From Azolla caroliniana (taxonomy: Eukaryota; Plantae; Polypodiophyta): 64,000 nucleotides of DNA. How positions within the stretch are numbered: position 1 is the first letter of the stretch; the number at the start of each line of letters is the position of its first letter. A program made the position numbers and the translations under genes. The notes beneath the pieces are model-generated. The model was not told the DNA's origin and did no database searches. It saw nothing but the letters and a program-made list of their open reading frames with translations. The stretch is from NCBI GenBank assembly GCA_043228905.1, contig JBHGNT010000002.1, positions 15,376,001 through 15,440,000 on the forward strand, given 5' to 3'. This document shows positions 1-11,515 of this stretch, piece by piece.

Positions 1-251
1 TACGTGCATTCGCATTCGCGAATGTTTCAATCATTCGAGTAAGAAAAGCACCCTGAAACAATGATAAATACCATACTTTTGGATTAACTATTTATTACGA
101 GGTAAATAAGCGTAAAAATGAAAGAAAAAACAAAAAAATACATTTAAAAAATTGGAAAAAAACACAAGAATGTTTGAATAATATTCGCATTCGTTTTCCA
201 ACGTAGCAAAACAAATGTTATGCTAGACGAACACGAATTTTACGTACTATG
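1..251. mobile_element. Possible right end of a hAT-like non-autonomous DNA transposon
   Basis: Shares the AATATTCGCATTCG subterminal motif with the MITE at 10121 and ends in ...CTATG like its terminal inverted repeat (TIR); the left end lies outside the window. Confidence 0.35.
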
Positions 252-1000
252 GTATGGAGAATTCAAGAAGTCAAAAGTAAAAGTAAGATACATAGAGAAA
301 AGTAAAAAGAGAAAAAGCGGGCCATAAAAAACAGTAAAAAAGGAATGGTCATAACTCTTTCGTTTGTAACCCAAATATCACGTTTTAATATGGGTTAGAA
401 AGCTTGTAAAGAGAGTTATCTATATATTTTTAAATCTCTAAATTTGGAGCTCGGATGAGGGAGATATGATGATTAGAAGGTCATTGTGTCTTAACTAAAA
501 ATAGGAGATAAAAAGCTTCTAAAAATAGCGTGAACGGGGAAGAAGAAGATTATAAGAAGTGAGAAAAAGAAAGATTATAAGGGGGGTGAGGAGGAGAGGT
601 CTTGGTAGGGGAAGGAAGAGTCTTAGAAGAGAGGAAGAGGGCCTAATAGAGGAGGAGGAGTCTTGGGAAGAGGTGTTTTAGTAGAAGAGGGGTCCTAATA
701 GAGGAGGAGGCGGCTTGGGAAGAGGTGTCTTAGTGGAAGAGGATGGGTCTTAGTAGTGGGTTTGAGTGATTGGAAGTAAGAAGGTCTTTGGTTTTTTAGT
801 TCAATGTGGATTTTATCTCCTTTGTATAGTCTTGATAATTGAATATTACAACATTCTTACCCCTTTCTCATCCTCTCTATCTTTTATGTTAATTTTTTGA
901 CTCTCCCTCTCTAATTCGTAGTTACCTTGGTCATTATAATCTATTTTAATTCACAACTCTCTCTAATCTTCTTGGTTAAGCCCTCATATTGGGTACGACA
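252..1000. repeat. Probable LTR remnant with purine-rich degenerate repeats
   Basis: GAGGAGGAG/GGGAAGAGGTG repeats at 590-745; ends ...GGGTACGACA, an LTR-like terminus, shortly before the copia gag fragment. Confidence 0.3.
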
Positions 1001-1499
1001 ATCCTTTGTCTTATACACTCTATCAATGAGGAAGATCGTGAGGCTGAAATAGAGGGATGGGGAAAGCATAGTTGAGCACGTCAGCTCATTCATGGGGTAT
1101 GTGAATCAACTTGCCGCAACCAAATTTCCCCTTGAGGATGCAATGCAGGCCATTCTCCTATTGTGCAGCCTGTCGGACAGTTGGGAGAACTTGTCTCTAC
1201 AAGCGGTAAAGACAAGCATCTTGAACGAGGAGAATAGAAGGAAGGACAAGGGTGTCCTGGCCCTGTCGGAGTCAAACTTGACTCAACATACCGGTAGAGG
1301 AAGGAACTGAGAAAGGAGTCCACCACAGAGAGAAAAGTCCCATGTCAAATCTGTTGGGAACTCGACGTTCTTTATGTCCGACGCTCGGCCACAACCGAGA
1401 TTCTTTTCACACACAGAAAACAGGTAATGAAACGCGACACAAAAGAGGAGAAATGGTACACAGGAGGTATACGTGGAAAACCCCAAAATAGGGGGAAAA

Positions 1500-1627
1500 A
1501 CCACGGCAACCCACAAGCTGCAAACTGTCACTATGCAGAAATATACAACAGTGAGATCACTGAGGCAACGACCTCGTGCTCTCAGATCTTCGCCACAGGC
1601 GGCGGTTACAACAGAGGCTTCGACCTC

Positions 1628-1660
<33 letters not shown>

Positions 1661-1852
1661 CAGTTACGCGCTCTGATTCCACGGCAGCCCACAAGCTGCA
1701 AACTGTCACTATGCAGAAATATACAACAGTGAGATCACTGAGGCAACGACCTCGTGCTCTCAGATCTTCGCCACAGGCGGCGGTTACAACAGAGGCTTCG
1801 ACCTCGTCTCTCTCTCTCTCTCTCTGTCTCTATACAGTTACGCGCTCTGATT
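1500..1852. repeat. ~180-bp tandem duplication inside the solo LTR
   Basis: CCACGGCA..CCCACAAGCTGCAAACTG...CTCTGATT occurs twice, each copy with a (CT)n tract. Confidence 0.9.
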
Positions 1853-1973
1853 TCTTCTTACACCAACAACGAAGAATAATCACAAAACGACAACTCTATT
1901 AAAAAGTTTGCCCTAAGTCATATTTATACTAATATGACTCTTCGGCTATTTACAAATGTAGCCTCGATGGGCT

Positions 1974-2130
1974 CTATCCGACTCTCTGCAGTCGGGTACT
2001 CCTCATCCGGTTCATACCGGGCCTACACCATCCGACTCTCTGCAGTCGGGTACTCCTCATCCGGTTCATACCGGGCCTACACCATCCGACTCTCCGAAGT
2101 TGGGTACTCCTCATCCGGTTCATACCGTTT
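1974..2130. repeat. 60-bp tandem repeat in LTR U3
   Basis: ATCCGACTCTCTGCAGTCGGGTACTCCTCATCCGGTTCATACCGG unit in about 2.5 copies; a related unit occurs at 38020-38190 and 42015-42180. Confidence 0.9.
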
Positions 2131-4520
2131 CGGCCTCGGCCGAGTTTGTTCGTCGGCACTGTTCTTCTACCTTCCCATCCGGAGGGACCTGTCTACCAAC
2201 AAAATCCAAGTCCAGAGGTAAGTTAACATGCTTCTATTGTGGAAAGCCTGGACACTTTCAGAAGGACTGTCGATACCTCAAGAAGGACAAGATTGTTGGC
2301 AATAATGTTGAACCCAGGAACATTCCTGATGAAAAGGGCACATCGGCCGTAGCTACGAGTGCAGAGGTGATTCTTTTCATTTGTGAGCAGGCAAGCACAA
2401 ATCTTGCAAGTGAAGAGTGCACCTAGGTAATCGACTTGGGTGATCATTCCACATAACTCCCTTGCGAGAGTGTTTTTTGACTTACATAGTTGGGAATCAT
2501 GGCTATGTAAACATGGGAGATCATGGATGGTGCATGCAAGATAGCCGGCATTGGAAGCATGTGGTTGACGACATTGACTGGTTGTCTACTCATGTTGAGG
2601 GATGTTCGACATGTGCCCGATATCAGATTGAATCTGATATCAACTGGAAGATTGAACGACGAAGGGTATAGTGGTGGCTTCCGAAACGGAAAGTGCAAGT
2701 TCTGCTGCGGAAATATCATAGTGGCACGAGCATAGAAAGAAGGCACACTGTATATGATGCATGCCCAATTATGCAAGTTGGAAGCGAATGTGGAAGCTTA
2801 CTCGAGTGGAGAGTTATGGTATAAGAGGCTCGGCCACATGAGTGAAAAAGGAATGCACATCCTGGCCGACCAGGAACTTCTCCCAGAAGTGAAAGGAGTA
2901 CACTTGGAGAAGTGTGTCGACTGCTTAGCTGGAAAGCAAAATCGAGCGGCATTCTACACAAGACCACCGAGAAGAAAAGAAGCCGCACTGGAACTCGTAC
3001 ACACGGATTTGTGCTATGTAGATGCTCCATCACATGGAGGTGGACAGTACTTCGTAACATTTATTGATGACTATAGTCAGAAGACATGGGCCTTCGTGCT
3101 AAAGTTGAAGGATCAAGTATTGTCAATATTCAAGTAGTTCTAGGCAAGAACCGAATGGGAATTGGGTCGGAAGCTGAAGACAGTCCGAACTGACAATGGT
3201 GGTGAATATAAAGGGCAGTTTGAGGAATACTACAAGGCCCAGGGTATTCGAATCGAATACATTGTACCAAAGACCCCTAGCTTGAACGGGCTTGCAGAGA
3301 GGATGAATCGAACAATTATGGCGAGAGTAAGGAGCATGTAGTCGCATGCCAAACTGCCGAAATAATATTGGGCTGAGGCAATGTACACGGTTGTTTATCT
3401 GATCAACAGGTCCCCCTCAGTACCATTGAAAGGTGATGTCCCACATAGGGTGTGGACTGGAAAGGATGTCTCCTGCCAACACCTGAGGGTGTTCATATGC
3501 TTAGTGTATATGCATGTGACTAAGGATCAGAGGTCAAAGCTCGACATTAAGTCGAAACCATGCATATTCATGGGATACTCGGAGGACAAGTTCGGCTACA
3601 GGCTATGGGACTTAGTCAACAAGAAGGTATTGAGGAGTCAGGATGTAGTCTTCTTGGAAGACAAGAAATAGAGGACTGGAAACAATAGAAGTTTGAATTG
3701 ACTTCCCAATCAACCCCTACTACTACCAACTTAAGGCCAAGTGAACCGACACTGTCGGTTGTCCGGAGACAGCCAGTCGGCACAACCAAATCCGAGTCGG
3801 TCGATTCGGAGCAATTGACAAACACAAAAGAGTCGGAGTCAGCAGACCTATTGAAGTCGATCAAAGACTTTGGGTCGAAATCAGCTAACTCCCAACGACC
3901 GATCGACACATATGAATCTGAGCCAAGAGTAGAGTTGGCAGAGACATCCAAACTAGAGCCGACAACGAGTGGATGGAAATACCCACTTAGAGAAAGGAGG
4001 TCACCGATGACATATGCCAGTCAATACATCCTCTTGTCTGATGAAGGTGAACATGAGTGCTATGGCCAATGAGCACAAAGAAATTTGGCAGAGTGCGATG
4101 CAAGATGAGATGGACTCCTTGCACGAAAATTATACGTATGACTTGGTGGAGCTACCAAAAGGTAAGAGAGCACTCAAAAACAAATGGGTCTACAAGGTGA
4201 AGACTGGAGAAATCGACAACACACCCAGGTACAAAACCCGCATTGTGGTGAAGGGGTTCCAACAGAAAAAGGGTGTCGATTTTGACGAAATATTCGCACC
4301 AGTCGTGAAAATGACATCCATCTGAACTGTTCTAAGCATTGTTGCGATCATGGATCTAGATATCGAACTCTTGGATGTAAAAACAACATTCTTGGACGGG
4401 GATCTGGATGAAGAGATCTATATGCAGTAGCCCGAAGGCTTTGTGGAGAAAGGGAAAGAGAACTTGGTGTGTCAACTGAAGAAAAGCTTATATGGGTGGA
4501 AACAAGCTCCACGCCAATGC

Positions 4521-6359
4521 AGGTGAGTGTATAAGGTAAAATACAATGCCGATGACTTGATCAATAGGTACAAGTCCAGACTAGTGGCCAAGGGCTACGT
4601 GCAGACACATGACATCAACTACGATGAGAGGTTCGCACCAATTGCTAAGATGATGACCGTCCGTGTGTTGCTAGCGGTAGCAGTTGCAAAGGGGTGGCAT
4701 CTACATCAAATGGATGTAAAGAACGTGTTCCTGCAAGGCGAGCTTCAAGAACAAGTGTACATGGTACAACCCCTCAGATTTCTATCTGAATTGAACACAT
4801 CGGTAGTTTGCCGACTAAAGAAGTCTCTCTATGGACTTAAGCAAGCCCTGCATTCCTAGAACGCGAAGATCACGCAGAGGTTGCATAGGATGGGGTTTGC
4901 TCTATCAAAATTGGATTCTTCATTGTTCATTCGGTAGAGTCAGATTAGACCGGTAAGCATTTTGTTATATGTTGATGATCTAGTCATCGCCGGCCTCCAC
5001 CTGGTAGAAATCAGTCGCATGAAGTCATTGTTAGTGTCATCATTTGAGATGAAGGATCTAAGGGACCTTCATTACTTACATGGGATCGAAGTGATCCGAA
5101 CCCCTGACGGCATATTGATCAGCCAACATCATTATGTGTTAAATATGCTCTTCAAATTCGGTATGGTGGATTGTAAATCCGTCTCGACTCCTCTTGATAG
5201 GAATGTCAAACTTCGCCCTGAATTAAGAATAGCATGCGATTCGACGTTGTTCTCACAAATTGTCGAAAACCTTATATATTTGACCATCACTCGGCTGGAC
5301 CTCAGCTATCCGGTCGGTCTAATTAGTCAATTTATGTCGCAGCAGAAAACCGATCACCTTCAGTGCGCACATCGAATCATGCGATATGTGAGCGGCACGA
5401 AGGATCATGGGTTGTTGTATTAGGCAGGTGTAGCCGGACAGTTAGTCAACTACGCAGATGCTGATTGGGCTGGAAATGTCGGCGATAGTATGTCTACATC
5501 AGGGTTTGAGTTCTCACTTGGAAGCATCATGATCACCCGGAGCAGCAAGAAGCAGTCAACAGTAGCACTGTCGAGCACCGAGGCCGAATACAGAGGAGTG
5601 GTTGTCTCTATGTCCAAAGCCATATGGCTTAAAAGGCTCTTGAAGGATCTGTAGACGAAGGTGTCTGAGCCAACAGTGATTCAGTGTGACAACCTCAACA
5701 ACATCCAACATCCAGCTAGCCAAGAACCCAATCTTCCAGCACATAGAAGTGCATTACCACTTCGTGCGCGAGCGTGTTCTCTCTGGTGAAGTGGACCTAC
5801 AGTATGTTCTGATTGATCATTAGGTGGTCGACATCTTCACCAAACCCCTCAGCTTGGAAAAGTTGTGGCATTTCTCGAGTGTCCTTGGCTTGCAGCATCT
5901 TGACATGCCGAATTTGAGAGGGAGTGACATCGGAAGAGTTGCAATTCGAAAAGTCGAATCCGATGAAGAAGGGTTCGAGCTCGGGAGGGCTGAAGAAGCC
6001 GTAGCTAGTCGACAAAAGGGAAGGCAAAGCCGAGAAAGGCAAAGCAAGTGGCAGAGCCAAGAAGGGCAAAGCCAACCTAAACAAGAAGACCAAGACCAAC
6101 ACATGGTCAGATGTGGTCAAGGGCCTGCAAGAAGACGAGTCGGAGACAATTGACTCGGTCAAAGGAAGTGATTAAGAAGAACCGAGGCACATGAAGGCTA
6201 AAAGCAAGAAGAAGGATGACGAAGGCCTTAGCAGTAGACAAGCCGACCAAACAGATCGACGAGCGTGGAGCGTGAGCAAGAAGGCATGAAGCCAAGAGAG
6301 GCCTGAGCGAGGAAGCGGCAAAGCAGGAGGAACCTTAAGTTGAGCTTGAGGGGGGGGAG
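4521..6359 (+). mobile_element. Degenerate copia RT-RNase H plus charged extension (second family, fused to the first at ~4520)
   Basis: YKSRLVAKGY, LYVDDLVI and DIFTKPL...HLDMPNLRG; PPT at 6346-6359. Confidence 0.9.
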
Positions 6360-6831
6360 TGTTGTTGAGAGACAAGCTCAACATGAGCTGGATTGGTTAA
6401 ACGTCGGTAGGTCGGTCAACTGAAGAAGCCAACAACCAAGTCGGCTGAATAAGCCGACAGTTGGGTCAACCTAGGATAAGGCTGATAGGCTGTTAGAGGC
6501 CTATGCTCCAAGTTTAGTAGGTAGTTAAAGTGTTAGGGGCCTACATTCCTATGCTAGTAAATAGGAATATTACGGGCCGAGTTAGTATCATAGGCTCTTT
6601 ATGAGCATTCAAGTACTGACGGTACTTGTGTTAGCCCGCTATCAGGGGTTGTATAAAAAGTGCTCTCTAAGCACACTTGTATACACAGCGCGTATTATTT
6701 TTGAGTCTGAGTTTTGCATCTGCTCTCTCTGTCTCTCCCGCTTACTACATCTTTGTTTTCTTTGTGTTTTACCTAATTGTGGTTGAGCTGACTGTGTTGT
6801 TCTTAAGCTTCCGCATACGAAATTCTTTTCA
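6360..6831 (+). mobile_element. 3' LTR of the copia element
   Basis: Starts with TG right after the PPT; shares TGAGCATT.AAGTAC, TGTATAAA and CTTCCGCA motifs with LTR 31894-32264; the right end is approximate. Confidence 0.75.
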
Positions 6832-7803
6832 CTCCACAAGACATGCATGGTGGATTTGGTGCCAAGGCCCCTGCACCGAGCAATGGCGGATGACATGGCC
6901 GGGGTTACGACAATAGAGATAGAGGCCATTGTCACCTCAATGTTGGCATTGGGCATCAATCATTGGTTGGAACCGAGCATGGTTGATCTCCATCGAGGTA
7001 TGGGAATCGACCTCCATCGCAATATGAGTATCAATGGGGGATGGTAAGGTTCGTGTGGGTGGAGAAACTGAGACGTAGGGTTTGGCTATTGATGCGTTTT
7101 GGGAGGAATATTGAACCCCGTGAGTCCCACATTCTTCCTAAGGAAGTTCAAACAAATGATTATCACACTGAACGGCTTGGGAGATTACTTGAGACAATGA
7201 TGTGGGCTCCGGAAAGTTTAAGAGAAGAGTCTTGACATTGTTTTGGAGGCTACAATGAAAAGGGTCACATAAGGCTTGGTCATCCCAACTGACATCACAG
7301 GAAATCTGACGGAACTCTGAAGCATACACAAAGGATGGACGTGAGCCTTGTTGGAAGGAATAGAGCTTCGCGAATGTCGTTCGACGCCTGTCTGTCTCAC
7401 CGAACGTAGCTTCGAGCTCAACAAGGAAAGTAGTGAAGTTTCCTAAGAAAGGGGATGAGGTCTCAACCAAGGGCACAAACCATTCTTTCGCCGGCCCGGA
7501 GAGAAGGGTGTCGACAAGGCTGACCCAAGAAAAATCTCTAGAATAATGTTGGGGTTGTAAAGGGATGATAAGCTGAATTTGATTGATGAAGCCGCGAAGA
7601 TACGCCCTCCTGTTGTTGAATTTGTTAGGTAGGTTGACGGTTGGTTTGAGGACATATGAATGGGAAGGGGAAGTGGTTGGGCTAGGTGCTGACAACGTGT
7701 GTGGCTCGGTGGGTGGTGGGTTTCTTGATGTGCCGGATTGAAGCTCTCTTAATGATTCCCGGAGGATTTCATTTTCTGGTTGAAGTTGTTGCAAGGCTGC
7801 CAT
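6832..7803 (-). pseudogene. Ty3/gypsy gag remnant (retrotrans_gag, chromovirus-like)
   Basis: 221-aa ORF with LPNKF...GFINQ, LLSGPAKEW and QGSRP..YASEF; PMEID-like motifs and a decayed CCHC region lie downstream on the minus strand. Confidence 0.85.
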
Positions 7804-7869
7804 TACATGGTTTAGGTTGTCGACGAAGTTGGAAATGGTACCAAGAAGAGGGGGAAGGTGAACAAACTA

Positions 7870-8133
7870 TCATGGACGAGTATAATAGAGTAGAACGAAG
7901 ACGAGACTAAGAACTAAGAGAGAGGAAAAGAATAAGAACTCAACTTATGATTCTGTAACTCCTATTGTTCACCTTGATTAGGATCAAGGTGCACTTGAGT
8001 ATTTATACAAGAAGGTAGAGGTATGTATGCCAACTAGAAATAGAGAATGCATGAGGATGCATGTAGTTAGGAATAGAGAATGCATTAGGATGCATGCAAG
8101 CTAGGAAACTTCCAATGTTCAATCTATAATACA
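7870..8133 (-). mobile_element. Probable LTR of the gypsy remnant
   Basis: Lies upstream of gag, has TATAAATA on the minus strand (~8000) and an internal ~30-bp tandem duplication; boundaries are approximate. Confidence 0.4.
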
Positions 8134-8259
8134 CGAAGTTGGATTTTATATAAGGATGCATAGATGGATGTAGATTAGTTGGTATGGTTGCCCAATGGAG
8201 ACCAAGAGGTCATGGGTTGAATCCTTACCTTCCATTGTGGCGTGGCATATGTCTATGAT

Positions 8260-8660
8260 AGTGTGTCGTCATTGAGGATGGCTTGTTGTTGTGACATATC
8301 GCCTCGATTTGATGTCAGATGATAAGTACATCCTGCATCATCTCCTTCCATAGATCAAAGTTCTTGATGTCGAACTTCTAGATTTCCACTCCCATGCCGG
8401 ATGTTGAAGCCATGTTTTGTAGGAAGTGAGATTTGTTGACCTGGTCCTTTCCTTCAACCGGTTCTTCTCTTCTCAGATTTATGTTGTTGTTGTTGTTGTT
8501 GCCGGACTGGAAGTCACGTTGATACCAAATGTTGGATATTGTAGTTGACGTTGCGGAAGGTTGAGGACCTGTCAGTGAGTCTGGCAAACAATACAGGTAG
8601 CAAACATGGTGGAGTTATGCATTGTGACAAGCTTCACGAAGATGAAAAATAGATACTTGC
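8260..8660 (-). mobile_element. Copia 5' fragment (LTR end, PBS, gag N-terminus)
   Basis: Minus strand reads ...CCAACA-TT-TGGTATCAAC (Met-type PBS, 8516-8527), then MASTSGMGVEI*KFDIKNFDLWKEMMQDVL. Confidence 0.7.
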
Positions 8661-9460
8661 ATAGAGATAGATAGATAGATTATATGATCGTCTTCGGAGG
8701 TCAAATATGACCTATGAGACCAAAAATATTACATTTCACGTGATACATGTGAAAGTGAGTAGCGACTCTCGATGTTCAAGAACTTTACCAATGATCGTTG
8801 CAATCAAGAGTGTACATTGTGGTTGTGAGAGAAATTCGTGCAAGGATTCGGTTCGGTCGAAGAGATGTGGAAAGCATGGTCGAATATGATCAAAGGCAGA
8901 GCATTGTATCAAAGTGTGATACTTAGACTCTCGAACTTGTTTAGGTCAAAGTGTGCATAGCCGGCCACTCTCATCACTTGTGCCCCAACGCCTTTCTTAA
9001 CACCAATAGTGCTATTAAAAAAATTTGAAAGTCTATCTCTCATATGCACACAACATATAACCTTCTCATATATTTGGGAAATTGCGAGCATATATTCACT
9101 TGGCACCTCAAGTTCTTCCATTTGCCTCCAAAGATGCTCACAAGGTACCATATCAAAAGCTTTCTTGAAGTCTACAAGGCAACAATATAAACCTTTACCT
9201 CTAAGGCGACTTTCCTCCATTAATACTCAAAGGATGACAAGGTGATCAATGGTGCTATGGTGTTTTCGAAAGCCAGGTTGTGCATAATCTCTCTTACCAT
9301 TTTTTTCAACCCATACACTTATCTTTGATTCCATTATACATCCAAATAGTTTTGCCATTATTGAACCAACCATGATGGTTCGATAGTTGTTTACATCTCC
9401 ATCTTTATGTAAAGGTTTGATCCAATTTGGAGTCCAATCATACGACATACCATGTTGCAA
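8661..9460 (-). mobile_element. Truncated, internally deleted LINE (RTE-like) RT fragment with microsatellite tail
   Basis: NNYRTIM, QPGFRKHHSTIDH, VDFKKAFD and IGVK motifs of non-LTR RT; (ATAG)n tail at ~8665-8680; internal deletion near 8990. Confidence 0.85.
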
Positions 9461-10120
9461 TACAACACATATTTCTCTATTTCCTTCTTAATCAAACATG
9501 CCACCCCTCCTTGACCTCTTTACATTAGCCATTGACTTTATCTTTACAAGGTCAGTTACCCACTTATATAGTTAGGTTAATTGTGTGTTCACACTAGAGA
9601 TACAAAGGTGGGCGGAATGAGACTTTTATCTCAAGAAGCATTAAAGATAGTAGAAGAAAAGATCTACGTTATGGTATATGAAAAAGAGGAAAAAGTGAGA
9701 AAAAGTGGCTTCTATGTGTTTACATTGTCTTTAGGCCTTCTCACACTTGTTTGGCCACAAGGCCATTTCATTACCTTCGAAGTGTTTCTCCATTTCATTG
9801 TATGTAGTGCCAATGCTAATAGATAGGTGCGGGACATAAAGTGTGCAAAAAGTAAATAACAACATTCGAAAGAATTTAATGGAATATATGAAGGGGTATG
9901 AAAGTATGGAATGGGATTCAAGATCTCATGAATGCGAGAAGATGTCACTTTAAAATGAACAAGGGGGTTCAACGAGAATGATAATGTCATCTTCGTCCAA
10001 GGAAGAAGTATGTATGTAGATTGAGGGTGGAGCTTATACAAATTCACTCAATTGGATGCCCGACTTTGATTCTAGTCAACATATTTTGGTCGCGCTTTGC
10101 ACATCAGAATATGTTGTGTC

Positions 10121-10991
10121 CATAGATTGAAATATTCGCATTCGTGGGGCCTGCCCCACGAATCCATACGAATAGGAATACGAATACACGTAAATATATT
10201 CGTTTTCTTCTTTTTTTTGAAATTAAAAAAAAATTAAAAAAATAAAATTGTGTTTTATTTACGAGCGAGTGAACAGTGGCCAACAGGAAGCAAAGACGCC
10301 TCACCCTACTCCCTCTGCGTGCTACTTACACCCTCGCTTCCCTCTATATCCTGTTCTCGGCCAGAAATTAGGGTTTCGACAGAAAACCCTAATTTCTGTC
10401 ATAATCCTAATTTCGACAAAATTTCTTCTTTTCGGCCTGCGTCATCGACTCCCTCTCATGCTCTACCTAATCCTACATCCTGTTGTCCACTGCAAATTCA
10501 GAGTTTCACTGAAACCCTAAGTTTTGCCAATGCCCTAATTAATTAATTATTAATGCATTAATTGATTATTAATTAATTAACTAATATTTTCCAATGAATT
10601 AATTATTGTGTTAATGAATTAAGATATGTATTTGTAAATTAATTAATGTATTAGTGAATCAATTAATGTTTAAGTGAATTAATTAGTTAATAGTAAATTA
10701 ATCATTATATTAATGAGTTAATTAATTATTGACGTATGTCTGTGTATATGTATCTATGTATGTGTGTATATGTATCTATGTATGTGTGTATATATGTATC
10801 TATGTATGTGTGTGTATATGTATATATATGTTTGTGTATGTGTGTATATATTTATGTGTATGTATGTATGTGTGTATATGTATATGTAAACGAATGGTTT
10901 TATAATATTCTTAGGGCCATTTTCTATTCTCGAATTCCACGAATATTACGGATGTCGAATCTCAAGAATATCACGCATGGGTCAATCTATG
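10121..10991. mobile_element. hAT-type MITE / non-autonomous DNA transposon
   Basis: TIRs CATAGATTGA and TCAATCTATG; perfect 8-bp TSD GTTGTGTC at 10113-10120 and 10992-10999; 8-bp TSDs are typical of hAT. Confidence 0.9.
10735..10888. repeat. (TATG/TG/TA)n compound microsatellite inside the MITE
   Basis: Seen directly; preceded by a TTAATTAA-rich low-complexity tract at 10535-10730. Confidence 0.9.
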
Positions 10992-11269
10992 GTTGTGTCC
11001 AATCTAAGCCAGTTGGCCCAAGAAGATATTAACCAACAGGTAGCAAGATAAGGGGTTAGTTAGTTAAGGGTTAAAAAGCAGTAGCAGATTACTGAAGGAA
11101 GGAATCACCTTCGGAGATTGGTTCAAACAGATCCATCCATCACAGTCACGGAGGGTAACAGAACCAAAAGAAACCTGTTCATCATGCCTTACCAAACAAA
11201 AAAACTAAGAACGAAGCCAGGAGAAACAGAGTAAAGAAGAAACAGAGCACGTAATTCATCTGCGCGGAC

Positions 11270-11515
11270 ATGTCTGGCTTCCACATAGGTGGAAGTGGAA
11301 GCACTCGAGAGAGAAGAAAGGGATCAGGGTCGGTGAACATAATGGCCTTGAAGGCGGACATCGATCCTGCGCCCAAAGCATGGCCCTTTGCTTCTGCCTT
11401 GGCCGGCCTTGTTATCTTGCTCTTTATTTTACTTCAGTTCATCCTACCAGTCACCCATGTTCGGCATCCTGCAGATCCTCATCGCAATTGGATCCCTGTG
11501 TCTCAGCTCAATAAG
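11270..11515 (+). CDS. GT8 gene exon 1 (type II membrane anchor)
   Basis: ATG start, hydrophobic LAGLVILLFILLQFIL, donor AAG|GTATA. Confidence 0.75.

Larger units (their letters stand above)
1352..2201 (-). mobile_element. Solo LTR (family of the 37947 element) inserted in copia gag
   Basis: TGTTG...CCAACA termini; 5-bp target site duplication (TSD) AAATC at 1347-1351 and 2202-2206; removing it restores SHVKSKSRGKLTCFYC; reverse-complement similarity to LTR 37947-38651. Confidence 0.93.
1090..4520 (+). mobile_element. Degenerate Ty1/copia internal region (gag, protease, integrase, partial RT)
   Basis: ORF fragments LLLCSLSDSWENL, CFYCGKPGHFQKDC (zinc knuckle), LWYKRLGHMS (GAG-pre-integrase), YFVTFIDDYS (integrase) and KWVYKVK (RT); many stops. 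Confidence 0.92.

Noticed and set aside
10736-11032. 98-aa YVCM-rich ORF
   Set aside because: Translation of a microsatellite.
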